Shown in pieces: positions 12,282 to 22,983 of a stretch of 64,000 nt of DNA. Below the pieces are notes generated by a model that was not told the origin of the DNA, ran no database searches, and saw only the letters and a list, made by a program, of their open reading frames with translations. Source of the stretch: Trypanosoma brucei (Eukaryota); NCBI GenBank assembly GCA_000002445.1, contig CH464491.1, positions 992,001 through 1,056,000 of the forward strand, given 5' to 3'. How positions within the stretch are numbered: position 1 is the first letter of the stretch; each line of letters starts with the position of its first letter. The position numbers were made by a program, and so were the translations under genes.

Positions 12282-13178
12282 ATGCTGTCAGGTGCAGAGG
12301 AACTGATCTCTGACCTTTTCCGCCGTACTTCTACCACATCCAACGCAGTCGAATTTATTCTCAGTAGCAACAGTGCGGCGTACCATGATGTTATGCAGCG
12401 AATCTGCAACAGTAACCAACCCCAATTAGTTAAAGGTATTCTACGCACTGCACAGTCGCTGCTTCCAACAGAACTCTTCCAAGTATTTGGGAAGTCGGTA
12501 GTACCTGTCTTATTGCTCTTTGCTCCTGCCGTACTACGCAGAGTTGGTGAACTTCTGGCGGCACCAAAAGAAACTCCACTTTCAACATGCGGTGAGTGGG
12601 ATGCCTTTACTTCTTTTATTACCGGAATTCACTGCAAGCTGCTCGCTTCACCTGAATGTCGCGCCACCAACGTTAGGTCCCTCCCTCCACCACCCGTAGC
12701 CGCTCGGCATACACCATCATGGTCGAAAGTGTTCCATGGCGAAGAAAATGTGTCCGAAGGCGTGCCGCCACCTCAACCTTCTACTGACTGTGAGGTTAAT
12801 GTTACTGCGATTGGAACCGATAATTACGGTTCATTGTTGTGCACGATTGTCTGTGGACTTTCACACCTTCTGGCTTGCGTTGCAACTCCACCGTGTGTCA
12901 TCGGTGGTCCTGGTTTGACCACATTGTGTAACGAGGTTATGCGGCTGCTATCGTCGACACCGGTTTTTTGCTACGCTTCAAAAGACGCAAACCTGCAAAT
13001 TGCATGTGTCTCCCTATTGTTGTCTGTGCTGAATTTGGGGAAGGCAGTGCAGGGGTGTGTGGCATCATCATTCATGCCAACTATGCGACGGTGGTTTGAT
13101 CTGACATTATATTCAGCTAACGCCGTCTGCATCCAGTTGCTGTTTCCTTATATACTGCACGCGAGGGCGCATCGTTAA
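12282..13178 (+). CDS. Hypothetical protein
   Basis: 298-aa + strand ORF with no recognisable motif. Confidence 0.4.
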   Translation: MLSGAEELISDLFRRTSTTSNAVEFILSSNSAAYHDVMQRICNSNQPQLVKGILRTAQSLLPTELFQVFGKSVVPVLLLFAPAVLRRVGELLAAPKETPLSTCGEWDAFTSFITGIHCKLLASPECRATNVRSLPPPPVAARHTPSWSKVFHGEENVSEGVPPPQPSTDCEVNVTAIGTDNYGSLLCTIVCGLSHLLACVATPPCVIGGPGLTTLCNEVMRLLSSTPVFCYASKDANLQIACVSLLLSVLNLGKAVQGCVASSFMPTMRRWFDLTLYSANAVCIQLLFPYILHARAHR

Positions 13179-14022
13179 TTTTTTTTTTTTGCAGGGGGGA
13201 GCACAACACGGTTGGTAGAGGGCGGGACAAGGAAGAAAGAGGGGGAAACTGCAGATGCTCATTAAATCTTTTTGGATTATCCCCCGACCCGCTTATTGAC
13301 GCGTGGGATGTAGTGCAGTGTAGTACAAATGCACGCAGCAAAACATTGCTGCAGGCCGACTTACTTCCTGCTGGGACTTGATCTGCTGGCAATTGCACCA
13401 ATGAATTCACACCAGTGCGCATATTACTGCTGTTGGGCACCACCAGTCATTGTCACTGATTTACTGTCCATCCTAAACGTCACATCAAAGTAGTGTAGTG
13501 TTCTTGGTTACTCCTTGTATAGTGGTGATTAACTTCAATTGGTGCATACGCACACATAAACACACGCAGGGGCGTGTTACGGCTCTGCACGCGTTGTTTA
13601 TTTCCTTCTTAAGAAAAAAACCTACCTTGGGATCGGCATTAGTTGGCATGCACCAGTTCTTACCGCATCCGTTATGTTCTACGCGCATCATCTTGCTTTG
13701 ATTTGTTTTCTTGATTCAGTTAGACTTTACGTCAATTTAACCATACTTCTTACCTCTTAATTGTCTGCGCTAATGCGTACAGAGCGACTGCGGTGTAGAG
13801 TGTTTTCTTTTTTTTTTTTCTTTGCTTGTTTTCTTCCTCATTCAGAGGAAGCAAAGTGCGGTTACCGTTAGGTGGCTTTGGGAGGGGGAAGAGAATAATT
13901 AGGAATCAGCAGGGGTGACTTAACGTTTATACCCCGCTAAACTAATTCAGTAAAAAAGGGGGGAAACACGAAACACAAAACGTTAGATCCACAACAGCAA
14001 TTTTCCTTCGGCACCAAGCAGC

Positions 14023-15846
14023 ATGGGCAAGCAGGGAAATGTTGGGAACATACGTCCCGCAAGTAATAATGTGCGGACATCACTACCGCTGTTATTAGCT
14101 GTATTGCTTCCCATATGCCTTGTGCGTGCGGGTGAGGATACAAACACCTATAAAGCTGATGAGCGGGTGCGAGTGTACGCCGGTCAAATTGGGCCACTTC
14201 ATAACACATTTGAGACGTATAGCTTCTTCCGCACGCCAGGGTGTCCTCCAGCGTCGTGGAGTCGGAGGTCTTCCACACTCGGTCAAGCACTTACCGGGCG
14301 GCAGCTACAGGAAATGGGGGTTAATGTACGGTTTGGTAAAAATGTGACAGGCGGTGTTATGTGCACCTTCACACCGAAACAAGCAGACATCAAGCGTTGG
14401 CGCAAAATGATTCAAAAGAAATACGTCTATGAGCTATACGTGGATGAGTTGCCCATATGGGTGCTGCTTGGTGAGGTGACTCCGGCGGGCCCTGTGATTT
14501 ATCTTCATCGTAGGTTTCATATTGAGACTAACAAGAATCAGATCGTTCACGTTACGCTGGAGGCAGAGCAAGGGACAGTGTTAACGCAGGGGCGCGACTA
14601 CACTTTCACATATTCTGTCATCTTTACGGAATCCCAACTATCGTTTGAGGATCGCTTCAAGAAATATGTGGACCAGAAACTATTCGAACCGCGGTTTAGG
14701 TGGATTTCGGTTATAAACTCGGTGATCCTCGCTTTGCTACTTTCCATAATTAACATATTTATCGTCTCACGCGCCATCCACGCTGACTTGAAGGGCGACG
14801 AGGATGAGCTGGGCATTGATAGTAGCTATGGCCTCGTAGAGGGTTCCGGTTGGAAACAACTCAGCGCTGACGTGTATCGCGTGCCGCCGTATCCGATGGC
14901 TCTCTGTGCACTCCTCGGCACAGGAGCCCAACTTCTCTTAGTTTTCGTGGCTATGATTATGTCAGCAGCCTTTTACAATTCGCGGCACAAACCCACGTAT
15001 GGGGCGGTGACGGTGGTGACGGAGGCGTATGCCCTCACAGGGTTCGTTGCAGGATACGTTTCAGCTTCAAAGTTCGTCAGCTACACTGTATACAAACCGG
15101 CATTAGCAAGCCGGTGGATGCACTGCATGTATCTTACCATCGCCGCATTCCCTGCTGCCATTCTCTTCTGCGGTGTTTCAACCAATGCCATCGCATACCT
15201 GTACGGATCAGCTCGCGCACTTCACGTGGGCGGGGTGGCGTATGTAGCGCTTATATTGGTGTTTCTGTTTTGTCCCACGGTAGTTGTCGGCACCCTAACT
15301 GGAAGGTATATTTTCTGGCGTCGGTTTAACGCTGTGAGCAATCGCAACAGTTTGCCACACGTAAACCAGATCCCCCGCCTGGTGCCGAGGCCGCCCTATA
15401 GATTGTTATCACGACCGTATCTCATTCTTCTTACAGGTGCGCTGCCCTTTAGCTCTGTGGTCCTCGAGCTCTTCTTAGTGTTTAGTTGTATTTGGATGAA
15501 CAAACTCTATTATTTGTATTACTTTTTACTAATCGGTTTTACCATTTTTCTTGTCATCGCATGTTTTACATCGGTCGCCGCCACGTATTTACTGTTGAAT
15601 ATGGAGGATCATCGTTGGCAATGGATGGCATTTGGGTTTGGGGCATCAACGGGGATTTTTATTTTCATACATGCCACATACTTTTACTTTTTTCAGACGT
15701 CGATGAGCGGGATGTTCATGTTGGTGTTTTATTTCGCCTACTCGGCCCTATTTTCCCTCGCTATGAGTCTGGCGGGGGGCTGCGTTACATTCCTCGCCGG
15801 CTCGCAGTTTGTCCAGAAGATATACACTTCGGTGAAGCTTGATTAA
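14023..15846 (+). CDS. Transmembrane 9 superfamily (nonaspanin/EMP70) protein
   Basis: 607 aa. It has an N-terminal signal peptide, a large lumenal domain and 9 C-terminal TM helices. The characteristic segment is GWKQLSADVYRVP (compare TM9SF GWKLVHGDVFRPP), and the C-terminus is Gly/Phe-rich. Confidence 0.85.
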   Translation: MGKQGNVGNIRPASNNVRTSLPLLLAVLLPICLVRAGEDTNTYKADERVRVYAGQIGPLHNTFETYSFFRTPGCPPASWSRRSSTLGQALTGRQLQEMGVNVRFGKNVTGGVMCTFTPKQADIKRWRKMIQKKYVYELYVDELPIWVLLGEVTPAGPVIYLHRRFHIETNKNQIVHVTLEAEQGTVLTQGRDYTFTYSVIFTESQLSFEDRFKKYVDQKLFEPRFRWISVINSVILALLLSIINIFIVSRAIHADLKGDEDELGIDSSYGLVEGSGWKQLSADVYRVPPYPMALCALLGTGAQLLLVFVAMIMSAAFYNSRHKPTYGAVTVVTEAYALTGFVAGYVSASKFVSYTVYKPALASRWMHCMYLTIAAFPAAILFCGVSTNAIAYLYGSARALHVGGVAYVALILVFLFCPTVVVGTLTGRYIFWRRFNAVSNRNSLPHVNQIPRLVPRPPYRLLSRPYLILLTGALPFSSVVLELFLVFSCIWMNKLYYLYYFLLIGFTIFLVIACFTSVAATYLLLNMEDHRWQWMAFGFGASTGIFIFIHATYFYFFQTSMSGMFMLVFYFAYSALFSLAMSLAGGCVTFLAGSQFVQKIYTSVKLD

Positions 15847-16769
15847 AACAGTGCGCAGGGTCCAGTAGAAAAACCTGAAGGGCATGTGGAACATGAGACT
15901 AAAAGTGGGGCAACAAATGTTTGTTTTGACCACTTCTTATTTTTTCCTTTTCCCTCCTCATTACCGAAAGGGGAGGGGAGAAGGAATGCACTGCAGGGGT
16001 TTGCATATGTGGAACTGTGTGTGCAAACTTAGTGCGGGGTGTCAGAGGTGGGAATCCCCCAAATGAGAGAGGTGGAACACATATCCCACCGTGTGAAATG
16101 AAGAGGGGAGTATCATCTTGTGGGGACTGTAGGTTCAGACGGAATGCGATTTTGAGACGTGTGTGTGCGTGTGACCCGTCGTAGCCCTCGCATTTACTTG
16201 TTGTTGTGGCTTTTAATTTAACTTGCCGTCGTGATGTTTTTGCTGCTGTTGTCGTTGCAGTTATATGAAGTGGGGCAGTGGCCAAGCCCCCATTTTAACC
16301 TTTCTTGCATTTTGTTTCTTAACCGAAATGGGTACAGAGCCGCGGTGGTTTAATTTACGGAGGGGGGCAGGATTTCACAAGTCCGTAGCCCATTCAACTT
16401 CGTTATTGATGTTGTTAATTTTCGTTGTTGTTGTTGTTGCTTCCCTGTGCGTACCTTTCACAGTGTCTAGTGCTGCGCAGAAGGTAAAGAGAAAAAACGA
16501 AACGGAGATTTGGAAGCCTCCCTCAACGGTGGCTGCGGTGCTGGCCCTCGACAGGTGGCTGAAAAGCGTAAAGTATCGAGCATAGTAATACACTCCCCAG
16601 TGACAGAAGTGCAAGATATAATGTGTACATTAATAGTCTTCACAAAATTCTGTTTCCAACAGCACTTCTCTCTTGTTTGTTTTTTCCTATTACTATTGTT
16701 TTCCTGCATCTGTCACGAAAATGTGAAGGGACAGAGAGCGTGTCTGCATAAAAATCTCTACCTTACGGA

Positions 16770-18905
16770 ATGCAGCAGACCGAAAAGCGTGTGGGTGGTA
16801 ACTGTGACGATGATGAGGTAATAGCTACTTATAACGTGTACGCTTCCTCTTTTGCACAGCAGCAGCAGCAGTTACACATATTTCAATTCCCCTTAAGGTG
16901 CAGAGCTCGTCCCTATGAGGCTAACGAAGTGCGGCTCTTTGCAACGGAGGGTCTTATTCACAGCGACGAGGACTCAATTGCCAATAGTGGCTCGAGAGTG
17001 GGAGGAACTACGGCCTCCACACCGCGGCAAGAGACCTTCGGAGCTGTGGCTCCCGTCATCCATCATTCGTCACGACTGACAATGCACTGTCATATCGATA
17101 CGTTTGGCTCTAGTTCCTTCACTGAGCCGCAGCAGGATCATCGACTAGACGAGGACACCCAACGTGCGGAAGAGAGATCTAAGCACTCATACAACTACGC
17201 TCTACAGTCGCATCCTTTCAACCCTCACTGTGACTACATGGTGGGACTTATCGTGGACGGCGTCGTGCATATCACTCCGGTGACGAGCATCCAGCAATTT
17301 ACCCCCATTGTGAAGCCGCCTGATGCGAGCTCGATGCACCGAGTAGGTGATGGGTTTCTCAGCGTGCCTTCGGTGCCGATAGTTCCCGGTCTTGCCGTTT
17401 CGGACCGCATAACCAGGGAAATGCTGCGACAGCGGAGTGTAATGCTAAACAACGATGCGGACACTGCAAAAGAGCTGCAGTACTTCCCTATACAATCCGT
17501 AGAAAGCATGGCAATGCGGCGACGATTGTGGGACCGCACGGGCGCGTCGCACTGTTTCGCAGGACCCGCGGGTTGCGTTGGGAGTAACCCTTTTGGTGAC
17601 AGCAAAGACGGCCATAACAACGGGCCGTACGTCGGGCCGCGCACGGAAGACTGTTTTTTCCCACCGGAACTTCTTGTATCCGGTGGGATTACAGGTGGCG
17701 AGCACGTCGTTAGTGGTGACAAAATGCTCCGGCGCTACGCCAACAGGCGTAGTCTTGTTGACCAGGTGCATATCTACTTACGTCGCTGTCAGGTGCTGAC
17801 GCTTGATAAGCTGCGAGAGATGGTTGTTCCCCCTGACGGGGCCTTCTCTGGTGGTGCTTCTTCAACAAACCAATCAAAGGTACAGGAGAGTGTGACAGAT
17901 GGACAGCTGCTCGCCGCTTTGCGTGATGGTGCCATATGGATGCACGGTGTATGGGTGTCCAAAGTTGATCCAAACATGCGGGGTAACGCAGCTGCCCTAC
18001 GCGAAGTTGTTTTGCTACACTTCTGCGAGAGCCCCAGTGGTGCCTTGTCCCGTGCACGGCTTAACGCCCTCGTAAGCAGCAACACGTTAAAACGTACTGT
18101 GAAGGAAATACTGGAAAGTATTGCTACGTTGAATAGCGGGGAGAAAGACCCAGCACTGCGCGTGTGGCGGCTGCGGCACGTACCAGCCGATCCAATGGAA
18201 CGAGCCGCATTGCTGGAGGTTGCGCAAAATGCGTACAGACAGGAAATAGAATTCCAGACCATGCAGTGCAAAAGGCTTCACTCAAGCATAATGTCCCACC
18301 TTGAGGTGATCAACACCGGTAGGTTAGTGACACGTCTTCACTTTGTCAGTCGGGGAGGGGACAGAGGTGCAGAGGGCCCGACGGGGGCAGTAAACACAGC
18401 GGTCAGTACTGCAGCGGCGGCAGCAGCCACCACAGTGGCAACAAGTTTTACCGATAATGAACTTGCCCCCATCATCGCATTTATCCGACGATTGTTCCTT
18501 GAGCACGGAGTGGTGAACAAGCAGCGTGCGAAGGAGTTAGTATTGAAGGCAAAACAACAGAACTATCCCCATGCGACGAATGCAATGCTCAGCGCGGCGC
18601 TCCAGAGATGTGTTCAGCCCTTCACGGACGCAACGTGGGTATTGAAGACACTGGAGGAGCCCGATGTGGATCGTCACCGCCCATTGATACTCGAAACCGC
18701 GCTGGAGTTGGTCAACTTCGGGATCAGGCCGTTTAATGCTTTATTAGCGCAAAAGCAACAACAGCAGCAGCCGGATGGAGAAACAGCTGGTGCCCGGAAG
18801 GAGGACATGCAGAAAGTTGTTTCACGTGTGTTAGCTGAAATCGCGGTGTATCAATCGCACGAGAGGCTGTGGCACCTCAAGAGTGGCAATGTCATTGGAC
18901 AGTGA
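16770..18905 (+). CDS. Hypothetical protein
   Basis: 711-aa + strand ORF with Ala/Thr-rich and poly-Q patches and no recognised domain. Confidence 0.5.
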   Translation: MQQTEKRVGGNCDDDEVIATYNVYASSFAQQQQQLHIFQFPLRCRARPYEANEVRLFATEGLIHSDEDSIANSGSRVGGTTASTPRQETFGAVAPVIHHSSRLTMHCHIDTFGSSSFTEPQQDHRLDEDTQRAEERSKHSYNYALQSHPFNPHCDYMVGLIVDGVVHITPVTSIQQFTPIVKPPDASSMHRVGDGFLSVPSVPIVPGLAVSDRITREMLRQRSVMLNNDADTAKELQYFPIQSVESMAMRRRLWDRTGASHCFAGPAGCVGSNPFGDSKDGHNNGPYVGPRTEDCFFPPELLVSGGITGGEHVVSGDKMLRRYANRRSLVDQVHIYLRRCQVLTLDKLREMVVPPDGAFSGGASSTNQSKVQESVTDGQLLAALRDGAIWMHGVWVSKVDPNMRGNAAALREVVLLHFCESPSGALSRARLNALVSSNTLKRTVKEILESIATLNSGEKDPALRVWRLRHVPADPMERAALLEVAQNAYRQEIEFQTMQCKRLHSSIMSHLEVINTGRLVTRLHFVSRGGDRGAEGPTGAVNTAVSTAAAAAATTVATSFTDNELAPIIAFIRRLFLEHGVVNKQRAKELVLKAKQQNYPHATNAMLSAALQRCVQPFTDATWVLKTLEEPDVDRHRPLILETALELVNFGIRPFNALLAQKQQQQQPDGETAGARKEDMQKVVSRVLAEIAVYQSHERLWHLKSGNVIGQ

Positions 18906-19626
18906 GAGCATCACTTCGTTTCTACGGAGAGTGGGTAAGAAGAAAGGGAAGGCGTTATCAGCACAGGGAACCGCGATCGATCACGGTCAGTATTGGCATG
19001 GTTAAATGAAAAGGAAACAACTAAAGGGGAGGTGAAAGTGGTTATAACGGTCTGCGGCTCCTGAACAAGAGGTAATAAGAGGGTATTCGTGTCCGTGATG
19101 TTGCTCGTTCATCTTGGTCTATAACTTCTCTCCTCTACTTCCCAGCCCTTTTGTGGGATGCGTTTAAGCAATGTTGTGCATTTCGGTGCATCTCTTCTCG
19201 TTTATATGCGTGTGTGTGTGGGGGGGGTGAAGATTGTTGTTCTCCCTCTATGGAACACTATGTGTTGAATTCGAGGTATATTTCTTCTTAATGAGTACAT
19301 CCCCCCTGAAGCCCCCCCCAAAAAAAAAAATGGTTTTGTTCCTGCTGTATTACCTCTCTTTTTTCCTTTGTTACACCTCGTCACAGTGCGAAAGCGAAGA
19401 GTTGAAGAGGGAAAAGAGAAGGACAGACAATAAGCAGGGGGAAAGAATATCCGTATTTAACCGAAAGGGGAATAGCAAGGGGGAGTTAGTGAATACTGGC
19501 TGCGCGTTGCCACAGTTGCGGACACGCACACGCCCATTTGTACGGATATTTCTACATCCTTTTGCTTAGTTGGGCACTTTCTCGAGTAAAACAAGAGGGG
19601 GGTGGCTGGCGTAAAAAGGACCTCTG

Positions 19627-22062
19627 TTGATATCCATCGCGCCTACACATAGGTTTCGAGTGACCATGGACACCCTTACGTACGTGTGCAGGGAGTGCGA
19701 AGCCAGCGCGTTGCGCATTGAGGTGCCGTTAATTTCAGTTAAGGCAACCGCTTTTAACGATGACGTACCCGCGCTGATTTCATCCCACCGCCGGCTGCTC
19801 TGCATGAACATGAAGCAATCTAACCGCCTTCGTGTTCTCACACACCGGGGAAGTTACGCGGAGGTGGAAGTGGGCGCTACAGTACTCCGCAACCTCGTCT
19901 CCTCTGAGGGGTTACTGGAACACTGCTATTTTTTCGCAGCCGGTGGTAATGTGGTAGCGCGACTGGCCCCCATCAGGCAGGCGAACGGGGATGTAAAGAT
20001 CGAGAAACGTGAGGTGCGTCTGCCCGAAGAAGTATACGGTGTAACTGTGGGTTACGGAGATATCGTGTATGTACTAGGGAGGTCTTGTGCTTTTGAGGTG
20101 CATATGGAGTCATCAAAAACGTCACCAATTGGACTGGCACCCCGCACTTTTGTAAAACATTCGGTAATTGGATATCATCAACAGGCGAAATTACTGTTAG
20201 CGCCGGCAAAGGCGAACTGCCTCGACCTCGTATCAGCAACAGCCGGCACGAGCGTCTTACCGAAAGTCTGGGAACCGCACGCCAACTCGATGCCAACTGC
20301 CGCATTTTTCTTCCAGAGACGCAGTTTTTCGAATGAAAATTCGGATAACTTGTTCATTGTTACTGCGTCTCATGGCAACAGGGAACTCCGATTGTGGTCC
20401 TACAGCCAACGGACGAAGACATTTACTCTCAAACAGGACATATCCATCACTATGGAGGACGATGGAGTGGTGGATGGGGACGAAAATGCTTTTCTTATTA
20501 GCTGCACACCCACAGAAGAGTATATAACGCTTTGCTCAAAACAGCGTCCTCTTGCTGTGGTGCTGGAGCTCAACCGCAGTAGTTTCAAGGTCGATCGTGT
20601 TACTTCGTGGAGACTTAATGGCCCCGTACTGGGAAGTGTGGCAGCTGTTAGCAAGATGACAGAATCGGCGAGCAGCACATCTGTCGAGTACCAGGTGATT
20701 TTAACCGTCCGCACGGCGACCGGTTTTTATGGAGAAGTGCTGGACGTAGAAAAGCCTGCGGAAGCATCCAACACACCTTCACTGAGGACAAACTCCGCCT
20801 CCTCGTGGTTTCCGAAAAACGAGGCGGCACACATCGGTGGGACAGAGATTGCTCTGCCCACAGCACTGACATCGGTCTCTTCGTCCGTCTTGGGTGACAA
20901 AACGACAAACGCCGTGCCACAGGGAGTTGCATCTAACATTGTCCGTCAACAAGCCTCTCAGTTCTGTGAAACGCTGCGAAGCATTGATGAACGAGTTGTC
21001 AATTTGCAAAAGCATGCATCGGAAGCGATGCGCCTCCTTCAAGAGGCATGGGAGCGAGAAAAAGCACAGACAATCGGGCGCGAATTTGCCATTCGTAACA
21101 AAGGCAGGTTGGAGCAGCAACAACAAGTAGCAGGACAATCTACCGATAACCTCACCCCCAGGCAGCAGGAACTACTGGAGGAAATCCGTTCTATTGTGGA
21201 AAAGTCAGAGCAGCTGGCCGTAGATACTGCCACCGAGGTAGTGAAGGCACAACTTTCCCGGCGCCTGAAGGACGCCGTAGCGAAGGGTGCAAAGGAGGCA
21301 GATCAGGTTGAGTTGAGCTCCGGAACCCCCATTGTTCGTTCCACGGACAGCATGCGCCTGTTCAGCAACGGCGTGGACGCTGCCGTACGCACACTCGTTC
21401 GCGCAGTAAAAGGATACCACAAAACGATGAAAACTGTCGTGGATTCCTCATCAGCTGCGACAGCTAGTTGTGTTGCTAAAGCCAGGGAGTTCACGGCGTC
21501 CCTGAACCGTGAGAAGCAGTTACTTGCATCGGAATTGATGGCCACAATGGAGGTTGTGAGGCACGGCGGAGCACCGACCCAGCCGGTGGATCCAGACGCT
21601 CTTGTGGCGCGGGCAATCGCGCTAGCAGAAGCAAACGATTGGGTCACCTCCTTTACGACCGTGTTGGGGGCATCTGATATCACTGTCTTGTTGCACTTCC
21701 TCGAGAGTGAGGTGTGCGTGAATAACGTGACAGCTATGGTGAATCCGCAGTCGATTACCTTGCCTATATTTCTTAGCCTCTGTCTCCAGTTATCCTTTGA
21801 GCTGAATAACTTGCAGGGGCTCATTCCATCGCGTGTCAAGGCCCTTCACGCCTTCTTTGTTGAGTGGGATGATACACTGAAGGATATGAAGAGCAGGGCA
21901 GCAGATGGTAATAGCAAACACAAGCCGATGTTTGAGCTGACAAAACGCGAGTTGCGGAATGTATTGGAACAGTTGGAGATTGTCGACGATAAAGCAGTTG
22001 ACCGATGCAGTCGAAACAATCTCCGGCTGCTGAAGAAACTCATTCACTTCCTGGTGACATGA
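19627..22062 (+). CDS. Hypothetical coiled-coil protein (alternative start at Met 19666)
   Basis: 811-aa + ORF. The C-terminal half is predicted coiled-coil, with heptad-like charged/Leu patterning. Confidence 0.55.
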   Translation: MISIAPTHRFRVTMDTLTYVCRECEASALRIEVPLISVKATAFNDDVPALISSHRRLLCMNMKQSNRLRVLTHRGSYAEVEVGATVLRNLVSSEGLLEHCYFFAAGGNVVARLAPIRQANGDVKIEKREVRLPEEVYGVTVGYGDIVYVLGRSCAFEVHMESSKTSPIGLAPRTFVKHSVIGYHQQAKLLLAPAKANCLDLVSATAGTSVLPKVWEPHANSMPTAAFFFQRRSFSNENSDNLFIVTASHGNRELRLWSYSQRTKTFTLKQDISITMEDDGVVDGDENAFLISCTPTEEYITLCSKQRPLAVVLELNRSSFKVDRVTSWRLNGPVLGSVAAVSKMTESASSTSVEYQVILTVRTATGFYGEVLDVEKPAEASNTPSLRTNSASSWFPKNEAAHIGGTEIALPTALTSVSSSVLGDKTTNAVPQGVASNIVRQQASQFCETLRSIDERVVNLQKHASEAMRLLQEAWEREKAQTIGREFAIRNKGRLEQQQQVAGQSTDNLTPRQQELLEEIRSIVEKSEQLAVDTATEVVKAQLSRRLKDAVAKGAKEADQVELSSGTPIVRSTDSMRLFSNGVDAAVRTLVRAVKGYHKTMKTVVDSSSAATASCVAKAREFTASLNREKQLLASELMATMEVVRHGGAPTQPVDPDALVARAIALAEANDWVTSFTTVLGASDITVLLHFLESEVCVNNVTAMVNPQSITLPIFLSLCLQLSFELNNLQGLIPSRVKALHAFFVEWDDTLKDMKSRAADGNSKHKPMFELTKRELRNVLEQLEIVDDKAVDRCSRNNLRLLKKLIHFLVT

Positions 22063-22800
22063 CATCAGCGAAGGGAAAGGGTCGGAGAGGTTGGAGACTA
22101 GTAGGGAAAAAACGAAGAACGGATTGTGGATGAAAATGAAAACAAATACAAGGGGGGAAAGAGAAGAAGCAAGGTAAAAAGCAAATATTGTGAAGTTTAT
22201 AATTGTGGAATGCGCCGCCGCTACCCTTAACCAGCTAGCAAAAGGTACTTGGGCTGAGGAGCTAGTTTTCATTGAAACAGCAAATCGTGATGATGTGTAA
22301 AAAGTAAGTGGCACCGCTGCGAGTCGTGATGGTTTGGGCATGAGTTCGACGGTGTACGGTTTGCGCGGAAGGGGTGGACTGCATGAGCAAGAGGCTGAAA
22401 GTAAGATGATACAAATTAAGGTAAATAAACGTGGTGACTAGGCGTTTGATCAGTGTGTGTATGATCTAATGCCAAACAGGAGGACGGTTCGCGCACGCAA
22501 ACACATACACGCATGTGCGTATGCAAGTGTATACATCACACGCGTTTGTGTACTAGGGTAAAGAAGGGTGGGACAAGAAGCGATTGGTCACTTGATTTAC
22601 CTTCCGACTCTTAATCAATTCATCACCATTATTCTCTCCCTTTAAAGCGCGAGTGTGTTGACTTGGGTCGTCGGTAATGAGGTAACTTTCCTCTTTGAAC
22701 ATTTCCGACAAGTCCGGATATCTTGTTGTTTTAAGCATCTTCCCATCTTTTCTTTTCACTCGTTCCTTGTGCGTGCGGTACGTTCACCTAATCCTGACGG

Positions 22801-22822
22801 TGTTGTTTATTTTTTTTTTTTG
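22801..22822 (+). promoter_or_regulatory. Poly(T)-rich pyrimidine tract followed by CAG: probable trans-splice acceptor upstream of the AK7-like gene
   Basis: tgttgtttatttttttttttttgcag lies about 160 nt upstream of the ATG at 22984. Confidence 0.4.
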
Positions 22823-22983
22823 CAGTTAGAGTCCCTAAAAGGTGAGGAGGAGAACCATTAATAACGGGAAGATAAACAGAACAAAAAGAATATAAATTAG
22901 ATAGAAGTTTAGGACACATAAAGGATCAGGCAGCTCAACGAAGCAAGGAGCAGTGAAAGAGGAGAGATCGCTGTAAATAACAA